Notes: generated from the sequence alone by a model not told the origin. Positions 25,596-34,027 are shown, numbered from the stretch's first letter. The stretch is 43,118 nt of DNA from a bacterium (GCA_043764315.1 JAYUKQ010000086.1:1-43118), one strand, 5' to 3'. Made by a program: numbers and translations.

Positions 25596-25842
25596 ATGTC
25601 TGAAAAATTACCAGAAATAGCTGTTGGTTATATTCAAGTTGACTATACCCCCCCCCACATCAGAACTTGAACAGATAAGAAAAAATATTGGAGCTGCCAC
25701 TGATTCACAGATAGTTTTTGCTGAAAATCCTATTATGCCCGAAGGTAACACTGTTGCTTTTGGAACTGCACCAGATGGAACACCAAAAAGTGGAGCTATT
25801 TTTGTAATTGGTGAACCCAACAGAATTGGTAGAACAGATTAA
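25596..25842 (+). pseudogene. Small ORF (about 81 codons if repaired) split by a frameshift at a C9 homopolymer (25648-25656)
   Basis: The ATG at 25596 reads MSEKLPEIAVGYIQVDYTPP and then stops at 25668. The +1 frame continues ...PPPTSELEQIRKNIGAATDSQ... to 25842. Removing one C, or adding two, fuses them. Confidence 0.55.
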
Positions 25843-25883
25843 AAGTAATAGAACACAATTTTTAACAAATTAACAACTCAAAA

Positions 25884-26168
25884 ATGTCTCTTACTGTAGA
25901 TTGTCAAAATCGAGTCGTAACTGGCCACGCTGTTCGAAAACTTCGTCGTGAAGGAATCATGCCAGCTGTCGTATACGGCGCCAAAATGGAACCTCTAAAT
26001 ATTCAACTCAATCTTAATGCCTTTGTAAAAATTGCTAAGTTATCTGGCAAAACTCAACCAATCACTCTTGATGTTGAAGGAAAGACTTTTTTAGTCAAAA
26101 TCCACCAAGCTGATCTTCATCCTGTGCGTGATACCTTCCGACACATTGACTTCTTAATAGTCAAATAA
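25884..26168 (+). CDS. rplY: 50S ribosomal protein L25, short 94-aa form
   Basis: [16 protein letters not shown] and ...HIDFL match the L25 signatures. Same length as E. coli L25. Confidence 0.85.
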   Translation: MSLTVDCQNRVVTGHAVRKLRREGIMPAVVYGAKMEPLNIQLNLNAFVKIAKLSGKTQPITLDVEGKTFLVKIHQADLHPVRDTFRHIDFLIVK

Positions 26169-26194
26169 TTACAAATATTAATTTTAAGACGAAT

Positions 26195-26632
26195 ATGCTT
26201 ACTCTATCCAATCTACCAAAAACAGTCATCAAACAATCTCGGAGAATCGGTCGTGGTATCGGTTCAGGTAAAGGTAAAAATGCTGGTCATGGTCACAAAG
26301 GTCAAATCAAACGAAATGGTGGTCGCAAGGCAACTGTAGGTTTTGAAGGTGGTCACGCCTCTTTGATCAAAAGAATCCCAAAATATCGTGGTTACAATAA
26401 TCCAGGTAGACTAAATCTCGATATGGTTACTTTGAACATTGGTGTAATTGCTAGATTTTTTGAAACAGGTGAAATGGTTAATATTGCAACTTTGCTGTTA
26501 AAAGACTTAGCCAACAAACACACTAAAAAAGTTAGAATTATCAAAAGTGGTGATGATCGAGGTAAAAAATTTTCTTTCGGTGAAGAAGTTTATCTAACCA
26601 AAGGTGCTAAAGACTTTTCAATAAACAATTAA
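26195..26632 (+). CDS. rplO: 50S ribosomal protein L15
   Basis: [22 protein letters not shown]...[15 protein letters not shown] is the L15 signature. Confidence 0.93.
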   Translation: MLTLSNLPKTVIKQSRRIGRGIGSGKGKNAGHGHKGQIKRNGGRKATVGFEGGHASLIKRIPKYRGYNNPGRLNLDMVTLNIGVIARFFETGEMVNIATLLLKDLANKHTKKVRIIKSGDDRGKKFSFGEEVYLTKGAKDFSINN

Positions 26633-26634
26633 TT

Positions 26635-26769
26635 ATGAATTTTGAATCATTGATTAGTTCTAATATTGAAGAAGAAGGTACAGTTGCCAAAGATAATTCT
26701 TGTGTAAATAGTACCTGCTCAACATCTGGTTGTTTAGAAACACTAAAATATGGATTTGAAACATATTAA
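26635..26769 (+). CDS. 44-aa acidic, Cys/Ser/Thr-rich peptide (candidate precursor or signal peptide); below the ORF-track cutoff
   Basis: MNFESLISSNIEEEGTVAKDNSCVNSTCSTSGCLETLKYGFETY. The ATG is 2 nt after the rplO stop, and the ORF overlaps the next ORF's ATG by 20 nt. Its core CVNSTCSTSGC aligns with CLDSTFSNCDC of the peptide at 35531. Confidence 0.5.
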   Translation: MNFESLISSNIEEEGTVAKDNSCVNSTCSTSGCLETLKYGFETY

Positions 26770-27532
26770 GCAGTCAATCTTACAAGCTTCTCTTTCTATA
26801 GAGAGGTGTTTTGTTAATAGTAATTTTAAAATTAACCCTAATCAAGTTGTTAATAATTTCTTTAGTGACGATTTTAGTTACACTAGTTTTAACAATATCT
26901 GCTTTGAATTAGCACCTAACGAAACGCTATTGATTTTTAAATTAAGATCTAGGAGTTCTTTTAGTTTGCAGTTAATACATATGATGAGTCATCTTGATGG
27001 ATCACTTTTGGAAGTTGGAGCAAACATTCAAACAGTTGGTCATTTGGTTAAGTTTCATTTCCTAGCTGATTACTTTTTTTCTCACAAAAAAATAAATTAC
27101 TACTGTAGGGATCTGTTCTGGTTTAGTCTTGAAAGGATAGTATGGAATCATTTAAAATTTTATACCAACAATAAGGATAATTCAAGATTAGTTGAGTTAT
27201 TTTTGTGCTTATGTTTATTGCAAGATTTGGTACTTAAGAAAGATAAATGGCGACTAAAACATTTGATTAAAATTGTAAAAAATAAAATAACGTCAAAAAA
27301 CCAAACTAAAATTGAATTATCAGGAATGGTTGCAGTTATATATCGCTCTATCAAAGATGAATTATACTCTAAAGGTGATTATTCTTTGAAACATAAAAAG
27401 AAATTAAAAAACTTTCTAAAAAAACAATCTAAATATTGGAAGCAAATATGTCTCGGTGTTGAACAAAATTGCAAATATGAGGATGTGTTAGATTTAATTT
27501 TACTTCAGTTGAATACATATATCAAAAAATAA
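26750..27532 (+). CDS. Uncharacterised 260-aa protein, paralog of 35716..36525 (shared LIHxxxHxD motif)
   Basis: LIFKLRSRSSFSLQLIHMMSHLDGSLLEV aligns with LSLKLITRKEIELFLIHALAHSDAPIEV in the other copy. Further on, ELFLCLCLLQD plus a K-rich helix aligns with ELWAFCFMIDI plus a K-rich helix. Confidence 0.65.
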   Translation: MDLKHIKQSILQASLSIERCFVNSNFKINPNQVVNNFFSDDFSYTSFNNICFELAPNETLLIFKLRSRSSFSLQLIHMMSHLDGSLLEVGANIQTVGHLVKFHFLADYFFSHKKINYYCRDLFWFSLERIVWNHLKFYTNNKDNSRLVELFLCLCLLQDLVLKKDKWRLKHLIKIVKNKITSKNQTKIELSGMVAVIYRSIKDELYSKGDYSLKHKKKLKNFLKKQSKYWKQICLGVEQNCKYEDVLDLILLQLNTYIKK

Positions 27533-27634
27533 TCACATGTTTACAATGCAAGTGTTGTATTAGACATTACAATGAATTAAAGCTATTTTCTTGACAAAAA
27601 TGCTGTAACTTGTTTAACTAACTAAGTTGTCTTG

Positions 27635-27711
27635 GGGTGTGTAGCTCAGCTGGTTAGAGCACTTCACTGATAATGAAGAGGTCACAGGTCCGAGTCCTGT
27701 CACACCCACCA
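27635..27711 (+). tRNA. tRNA-Ile (anticodon GAT), CCA encoded
   Basis: Acceptor stem gggtgtg / cacaccc. D-arm gctcagctggttagagc. Anticodon arm cttca-ctGATaa-tgaag. T-arm acagg-tccgagt-cctgt. Discriminator a followed by cca. A TTGACA at 27591-27596 lies upstream. Confidence 0.9.
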
Positions 27712-27834
27712 CACCTAAAATTCTTATGGATTATTGCTCCAATTTATTACTAGTAAATAACTTACAATAGGATAAAACTCTGGATTAATAGTTCTTTTTT
27801 ATTATATCGACTTTTACGAATAATTTTTTTATAT

Positions 27835-28764
27835 ATGTCTTCCAACTTATTTTTAAATAACCACCCTGAAGTCAAAGCTAATTTGGTCAAGAATTCTGAT
27901 CAGAACTATACTTTAATAATTGAACCTTTGTATCCTGGATACGGTTACACAATTGGCAATTCTCTGCGTAGAATATTTCTATCGTCTATTCCAGGTTTTG
28001 GTATAACTAAAATCAAAATTAACGATTTGACTCATGAATATCAACCAGTTGCTGGTATTGTAGAAGATGCTTTGCAGATTATACTTAATCTTAAGATGGT
28101 TCGTGCTAGAATCAAAACTGATGAAGAAAGAGTTACAATGTCTTTTTCTAGAAATACCGCTGGTAATATCACAGCTGCTGAATTTAAGTCTGCTCATGCT
28201 GAAATTATCAACAAAGACCTTCATATTTGTACTTTGAATAAAGGTTCTAAACTTGACATTGAAATTGAAATTTCTCGAGGTGTTGGTTATCTTTCCATGG
28301 ATGATGTGAATCTAAGTGATAACAAAGATGCTCGTCAAATTTTGGTTGATGCTGTTTTTTCTCCAGTAACTAACGTCTTACTTAACGTATCTAAGGTTAG
28401 AGTAGGTGACAAAACCAATTTTGATAAAGTTGAAATCAATTTTGATATTGATGGTTCAGTTGATGCTATTGAAGTTGTAGACTATGCTTTGGATATAATG
28501 GCTAATATAATTTCTCAATCAAGAGCTAGTTTATCACTAAAAGTTTCTGATACTTCTCTCTATTCAAATACTCCAACTCACTCACCAGCTGCATTAAACA
28601 GCGAAGATGAAATTGATTTGCCAGAAAAAATTCGCAAGATACTAATTAAAAATGAGATACTTACAAACACTCAACTAAAAAATAGAATTGAAGAAGTTCG
28701 TGATTTTACTGGAATCGGAGCTAAAGCCTTGGAAGAAGTTCAAAATTACCTAAACAATCTATAA
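27835..28764 (+). CDS. rpoA: DNA-directed RNA polymerase alpha subunit
   Basis: N-terminal domain IEPLYPGYGYTIGNSLRRIFLSSIPG. The C-terminal domain carries a helix-hairpin-helix (FTGIGAKALEEV). Confidence 0.93.
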   Translation: MSSNLFLNNHPEVKANLVKNSDQNYTLIIEPLYPGYGYTIGNSLRRIFLSSIPGFGITKIKINDLTHEYQPVAGIVEDALQIILNLKMVRARIKTDEERVTMSFSRNTAGNITAAEFKSAHAEIINKDLHICTLNKGSKLDIEIEISRGVGYLSMDDVNLSDNKDARQILVDAVFSPVTNVLLNVSKVRVGDKTNFDKVEINFDIDGSVDAIEVVDYALDIMANIISQSRASLSLKVSDTSLYSNTPTHSPAALNSEDEIDLPEKIRKILIKNEILTNTQLKNRIEEVRDFTGIGAKALEEVQNYLNNL

Positions 28765-28792
28765 AATATAATTCAAAAATATAGAACAAAAT

Positions 28793-29233
28793 ATGTCTAA
28801 CGTCGATTTTTCCAAAGTTGCTACTCTCAAATATTGGTTGGAAGGAACCACAGCAGGTGCCGATGTCAATATCTTACCAGTTGAATTTAATAGTTTCTTT
28901 TATTATTTTTACATTTCAGTCTTTTCTGGGTTTTTGATACTTGCTATCGGAATAATGGTTTACAAATTGTTTTTACCTTCAAGTCATCCTCTCCAAAACA
29001 AAATTGGCTTTTTATCCCAGAACTTTGTATGGATGGGGATATTGGGAGTTAGTTGGTTCTTAGCCCGCCAAACTGGAATTAGTTTTTTGAGTTCTAGACT
29101 TTGGTTGATATTTGGATTTATCTGGTTACTTGCAATTTTTAGTTGGCTCTTTAGATTCTTAATAATTTTTTATCCGCTTGAATTAGCTTTCTACAAAAAA
29201 CAAAAAACAGAAGTGAAGTTAAACAAAAAATAA
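28793..29233 (+). CDS. Small integral membrane protein, about 4 TM helices, function unknown
   Basis: Four hydrophobic stretches (FFYYFYISVFSGFLILAIGIMVY, FVWMGILGVSWFL, LWLIFGFIWLLAIFSWLF and others). Confidence 0.6.
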   Translation: MSNVDFSKVATLKYWLEGTTAGADVNILPVEFNSFFYYFYISVFSGFLILAIGIMVYKLFLPSSHPLQNKIGFLSQNFVWMGILGVSWFLARQTGISFLSSRLWLIFGFIWLLAIFSWLFRFLIIFYPLELAFYKKQKTEVKLNKK

Positions 29234-29236
29234 CAC

Positions 29237-29260
29237 CCTAATTCATATTAGGAGTTTTTT
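29237..29260 (+). terminator. Rho-independent terminator
   Basis: cctaat (29237-29242) / attagg (29247-29252), then ag and T6. Confidence 0.6.
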
Positions 29261-29466
29261 ATTTCATTGATTCAATTGTTATTTTATCTTCATTTTCCAA
29301 AATAGATTCAGGATTATATCTTATATCTATACGTCAATATATTTTAATTTTATTTGTTCCATTAAAATTGACATTTTGGGATTCACATATAACTTCAATT
29401 TGCAAAAGAAAAAAAAGTATTGTATACTCAAATCATTTACAAAAATACAAATAAAAATACAGTTTT

Positions 29467-30048
29467 ATGAACCACGAGTCACACTTTAGGATTCGCACAG
29501 TCCAAAATAAATACAAAAAAAATCATATTAGTAGTCTTATTTCGGGTCGCAAATTCAAAGTTGCTTTATCAGTTGTTGGAGTTTATGCAATAGTTGGTGC
29601 AGGCGTTGGTTGGTTTTTGATAACACCGAATTCTGATCTTGCAAGTGCTGACAAATTTCAAAATGATACTAGCTTAATTGTTAGATTATCTGAAGAAAAA
29701 ACAGAAGGTGATAATGTTAGTCTCAAACTAACTATGGATAATACCAACAAAGATATTGAAATTGTTGAAGTAATAAGCGACTTTTACACTTCTGAAAATA
29801 ATATTAGCTGGCAATCAATGACTCCAATTGTAGCTGGTAATATATCTAGTAATCTGAATCAATTCAATAACCAATCTTTTGTGAATCTTAATCCACTTTC
29901 AGCTGGTGAATCAATGCAATATCTAGTTAAAGGTAAAATTAAAAATAAACAAGCCAAAAATATCACTGTCATGAGTCATATCAAATACTCCAAGAACGAA
30001 AATCCGTTTGAAGTTAGTTCTAACAAAGTTTTCTTTAGTTTTGAATAA
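29467..30048 (+). CDS. Membrane-anchored protein with a beta-rich extracytoplasmic domain, function unknown
   Basis: Basic N-terminus followed by one TM helix (FKVALSVVGVYAIVGAGVGWFLI). The remainder has alternating beta-like composition. Confidence 0.55.
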   Translation: MNHESHFRIRTVQNKYKKNHISSLISGRKFKVALSVVGVYAIVGAGVGWFLITPNSDLASADKFQNDTSLIVRLSEEKTEGDNVSLKLTMDNTNKDIEIVEVISDFYTSENNISWQSMTPIVAGNISSNLNQFNNQSFVNLNPLSAGESMQYLVKGKIKNKQAKNITVMSHIKYSKNENPFEVSSNKVFFSFE

Positions 30049-30171
30049 TATTTTTCATCTTTTTAGGTGATTTTTTTTGAATCAATATTGATTTGTCATT
30101 TGACTTTGGATGTGTAATAATTAGTTTAAGTCTTTTACTTTTTATAATTAAAATACGATTTAAGATTCAAT

Positions 30172-30606
30172 ATGATTACAATTTTACGCACACATAGAAT
30201 AGGTTCCAAGTTTTATGATTTAAAAGAGTTAGCAACAACACCAGAATCAGGAACAGAACCTTTTAATCAACAGGAGTTGGGTGCATTTTTAAAAAAGTTA
30301 AAATCAATGAACTTAATTGGATATAAAGGTGACTTTATTTACTCTCATGTACGTAAAGTTGATACTGTTAATAGTGAAACAGGTGAAAAATGTGTTATAG
30401 AACTTCCAGTGTTTGTATCTGGTGATATTTGGATTAGAGCATCTCCCTTAGGTGGTGGGAGAGTTACGAGTAATCAATTCAACGGAGCAAAGACTCTTGA
30501 AGAAATATACAAACTTGTTAATGGTCGTGAGCAATCTTATGGTACAGATTTAACAGGTGATAGTTTATCTGAATTAAGAAATGCTGCAAGTTCACTAATA
30601 TCCTAA
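30172..30606 (+). CDS. Hypothetical protein
   Basis: 144-aa ORF with typical composition. No motif recognised. Confidence 0.45.
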   Translation: MITILRTHRIGSKFYDLKELATTPESGTEPFNQQELGAFLKKLKSMNLIGYKGDFIYSHVRKVDTVNSETGEKCVIELPVFVSGDIWIRASPLGGGRVTSNQFNGAKTLEEIYKLVNGREQSYGTDLTGDSLSELRNAASSLIS

Positions 30607-30704
30607 AAAAACTCAAAAAGTTAATTCACCTAATTAGTGATTTTTTTGTGAAATCTAGTTTTAACCTTGACTTTTTTGAGTGACTAAAATAGCTTTATTA
30701 GACA

Positions 30705-31391
30705 ATGATCAAATTTATTAACGTTTCCAAAAAGTACTCCAGTAAAGATGAAGAAAGTCTCAAAGAAATTAATCTTAGCATAATTGCTGGTGAATTCGTA
30801 TCTATAATTGGTCACTCGGGTGCAGGCAAATCTACTTTACTCAAGCTTTTGACTGGTGAAATCAAACCCGAAATTGGCGGAGCTGTGTGGATCGAGGATA
30901 TTAGAGTCGACAAAATCAAACCAGAATATTTGCCTTATCTTAGGCGACGAATTGGCGTTGTCTTTCAAGATTACAAACTTCTGTACACTAGAACTATCTT
31001 TGAAAATGTATCTATCGCCATGGAAGTTGCTGGAGCGACACCTCAAGATATTAAACGTGATGTACCAAAGCTTTTGGACCTTGTAGGTCTGACTGATAAG
31101 TATAATCATTATCCTAACCAACTTAGCGGTGGTGAAAAACAAAGAGTTTCTATTGCTCGAGCTTTGTCACATAACCCAATTTTACTCATTGCTGATGAGC
31201 CTACAGGTAACCTCGACAAAGTTAACGCTTACGAAATTATTACTTTACTTCTGAAGATCAACAATTCAGGAACTACAGTTATTCTTTCAACTCATGATCA
31301 AGAAATTATCGACAAACTCAAAAAACGTGTAATTACTCTTCAAAAAGGTAAGGTCGTTCTCGATCAACCTGTTGGAATGTACTATATTTAG
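30705..31391 (+). CDS. ftsE: FtsE-like ABC ATPase
   Basis: 228 aa. Walker [12 protein letters not shown], signature [15 protein letters not shown] and Walker [13 protein letters not shown]. Size and N-terminus ([11 protein letters not shown]) are typical of FtsE. No ftsX follows. Confidence 0.7.
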   Translation: MIKFINVSKKYSSKDEESLKEINLSIIAGEFVSIIGHSGAGKSTLLKLLTGEIKPEIGGAVWIEDIRVDKIKPEYLPYLRRRIGVVFQDYKLLYTRTIFENVSIAMEVAGATPQDIKRDVPKLLDLVGLTDKYNHYPNQLSGGEKQRVSIARALSHNPILLIADEPTGNLDKVNAYEIITLLLKINNSGTTVILSTHDQEIIDKLKKRVITLQKGKVVLDQPVGMYYI

Positions 31392-31559
31392 TTAATAATT
31401 AAAAATACAAAATTAATAATATTGGCAATCAATACTTTTAGGTTATTAGTTTTTAGGTTATTAAACACGTTTAAGTTGATAAATTAATATTCTACAACAA
31501 CTCAAATACAAAAACACAACTCTTCATTTTAAATTCAATATTTATACAAATACACAAAT

Positions 31560-32462
31560 ATGTCTGCACTTTCAATAATCAACCTCAAAAAACAATATGG
31601 AGACAATGGTACAATAGCAATCGATGGAATCAACCTAGAGGTTGAAGAAGGTGATTTTTTTGCTTTGCTTGGAGCTAATGGAGCTGGTAAAACTACAATT
31701 ATTGGCATTGTTAGTTCACTAGTTAACAAGACTTCAGGTCAAGTCAAAGTGTTTGGTAACGATATTGATAAAGATTTTAGTCTCGCCAAAAGATTTGTAG
31801 GTGTCGTACCGCAGGAATTTAATTTTAGTATCTTTGAAAAAGTTCTCGATATAGTAGTTAATCAAGGTGGTTATTATGGAATTCCAAAATCAGTTGCCGA
31901 GCCGAGAGGTGTTGAGATTCTCACTAGACTTGGACTTGGTGACAAATTACAATCTGTGGCTAGGGTTCTGTCAGGAGGAATGAAACGCCGTTTGATGATT
32001 GCCAGAGCCTTGATTCACCAACCCAGACTTCTTATTCTGGATGAGCCAACTGCAGGTGTGGATTTGGAACTTAGGCTTGGAATGTGGGAATACCTCAAAG
32101 AGCTCAATCATCAAGGTGTTACTATAATTCTAACTACTCACTACTTGGAAGAAGTTGAACAACTGTGCAATAACATGGCAATTATCAAATCAGGCAAAAT
32201 CGTCACTCAAGGTTCTGTTCATCAACTACTTAGAAGTGTGGAAGAAGAGACTTATCAATTCGATGTTAGTAATTCTAATGGTTTGGAAAAAGTTCTTGGA
32301 GGTGTAATAATAGATGAAAATACTTTTGAAATCAAAGTTAATCAAAAACTAGGCTTGAATCATATTCTCAAACAACTTGATGATAATGGAGTTAAAGTAT
32401 TTGGAATTAGACCCAAAGGTAATCGTGTAGAAGAGCTGTTTATGAGTGTTATTAAGAATTAA
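31560..32462 (+). CDS. ABC transporter ATP-binding protein (ABC-2 / DrrA-NatA-like)
   Basis: Walker A GANGAGKTT, signature LSGGMKRRLMIARAL and Walker B LLILDEPTAGVD, plus a C-terminal regulatory domain. No permease gene is adjacent. Confidence 0.85.
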   Translation: MSALSIINLKKQYGDNGTIAIDGINLEVEEGDFFALLGANGAGKTTIIGIVSSLVNKTSGQVKVFGNDIDKDFSLAKRFVGVVPQEFNFSIFEKVLDIVVNQGGYYGIPKSVAEPRGVEILTRLGLGDKLQSVARVLSGGMKRRLMIARALIHQPRLLILDEPTAGVDLELRLGMWEYLKELNHQGVTIILTTHYLEEVEQLCNNMAIIKSGKIVTQGSVHQLLRSVEEETYQFDVSNSNGLEKVLGGVIIDENTFEIKVNQKLGLNHILKQLDDNGVKVFGIRPKGNRVEELFMSVIKN

Positions 32463-32551
32463 AAAACGATTGACACTAACCCAAAAATAAGCAATAGTGT
32501 CTATGTATTTGGACTATTCCAAATTAATTTTGAAAAACTAAGAATTATTTT

Positions 32552-33184
32552 ATGATACCACAAGCAATGGAAGCAATTACCGTCAATGGACACTCAACAG
32601 AAAAAGATACTAGGGGGGTACAGAATTCAGAAGGAGTAACAAACCCTAATAATCCACTTGAAATAGCACACCAGCTACATAAAGCAAGGCAGGGTACTGA
32701 ATCTCAATCAGTTACATTTGATCAAAAAACTACTTGTGAGAATGAAGTGCGATGGACTGATGGAGTATCGTTCGCACCAAAAGGTAATGTTATCGAAAAA
32801 TACGCAGGTGCTTGCAATACAGATGGAGTAGTGTGGACACAACAAACAATAGGTGAAACACCAGCTATGGCGGACATGAAGACATCAAAGAGTGCTATAA
32901 TTTTCTTTAACTCTGGTAAAACGTTAAATATGCCAGATGGAACCAAAATTGGTTTTAATGTAACCGGAGGAAGTTTTACAAAAGGAATGTATTCTCCCGA
33001 TGGATCTTCTAGTTATCAACCTTCTACTCAACAAGAAATGATTTCATATTTTCAACAATTTATATCCAACAAATTCGACTTATCTTTGACAGAGGGTGGA
33101 ATTTTAAAATTTAATCCACGACAAAACACAATATTAGATCAAAGACAAGATGGAATTCGCAGATTAGATATCACCTCACCATAA
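32552..33184 (+). CDS. Hypothetical protein
   Basis: 210-aa ORF. No signal peptide or motif recognised. Confidence 0.45.
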   Translation: MIPQAMEAITVNGHSTEKDTRGVQNSEGVTNPNNPLEIAHQLHKARQGTESQSVTFDQKTTCENEVRWTDGVSFAPKGNVIEKYAGACNTDGVVWTQQTIGETPAMADMKTSKSAIIFFNSGKTLNMPDGTKIGFNVTGGSFTKGMYSPDGSSSYQPSTQQEMISYFQQFISNKFDLSLTEGGILKFNPRQNTILDQRQDGIRRLDITSP

Positions 33185-33277
33185 CTTTTCTAAGATTTTT
33201 TACATCACACCAACCCTAAACAAGGGGTTTTTGTTTTGGCTTGACCTAAGAATCATAATTAGACACTATTGAAATCA

Positions 33278-34027
33278 ATGTCTATAATCAGTTTGAGTTC
33301 CAACAATATTAAGATTAAGCCCTACAATGGGGCTTTTTTGAGTGAGATTATTCACTTTGAAAAGAATCAAGAAATCAAATTATTGGGTAGAGTTGTATCT
33401 TTAAGTTTGGATTGTGTAACTGTTCAACCTCTGGGCAATATTCCTTCAATTAATTTGTCCGAGTTAAGAACTCAACCAACTCAAAAACCTATTCAAGTCA
33501 ATATGTCGCCAACGATAATAGGTCGCAAATTCAATTCCGTTGGTAATCCACTTGATGGATTAGGGGAGATTTTGGAGATTGAAACTGGTGATTTGATAAG
33601 TGTTGAGAAAGTTTTGGCATATTCAAAAATTGAAAATATTAGCCAAAGTGAATTATACGAAAATTTGGCTTATTTGACTCAGGACAACTTAGTTCTTGTG
33701 ATCGTTGGTCAAGCTAATCTTATTAGAGACAGAATATTACAATCTCATTTTCTAACCCAAATTAGTGTACAGTATGAAGTTGGTAATCTATGGACTGATT
33801 GGATAATTGCCTTTGAACAAGCTGCAATTGTAGCTCATTATATCGCATCGGTATTGAATTTTGAAGTAATTATCATACTTGATGGTGACCAACAATATAA
33901 AGATTCCATATCTCGTCAGAATCAATTTTACACCAAATTTTTAACTGATTTACCAGTAGAAATTACTTATCCAGATATTGTTTCTAGCGGCGATGTAGAT
34001 TCTAAAATCCAACTGTGGTTAGTTTAG
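33278..34027 (+). CDS. Degenerate F1/V1/FliI-type ATPase alpha/beta-family protein lacking the Walker A P-loop
   Basis: N-terminal beta-barrel-like segment followed by VNMSPTIIGRKFNSVGNPLDGLGEI (family motif V-x-VG-x-x-LLGR-x-x-N-x-x-G-x-P-x-DG-x-G). Further on, LVLVIVGQ... and VIIILDGDQQY correspond to YVAIGQK... and LIIYDDL. No GxxxxGKT motif is present. Only about 250 aa, versus roughly 450-510 for normal subunits. Confidence 0.5.
   Translation: MSIISLSSNNIKIKPYNGAFLSEIIHFEKNQEIKLLGRVVSLSLDCVTVQPLGNIPSINLSELRTQPTQKPIQVNMSPTIIGRKFNSVGNPLDGLGEILEIETGDLISVEKVLAYSKIENISQSELYENLAYLTQDNLVLVIVGQANLIRDRILQSHFLTQISVQYEVGNLWTDWIIAFEQAAIVAHYIASVLNFEVIIILDGDQQYKDSISRQNQFYTKFLTDLPVEITYPDIVSSGDVDSKIQLWLV

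Noticed and set aside
25648-25670. Programmed +1 ribosomal frameshift (prfB-like) at the C-run
   Set aside because: There is no upstream SD-like stimulator and no slippery CUU-UGA-type context. Slipped-strand variation, a sequencing error or a pseudogene is more parsimonious. It is kept as a finding on that basis.
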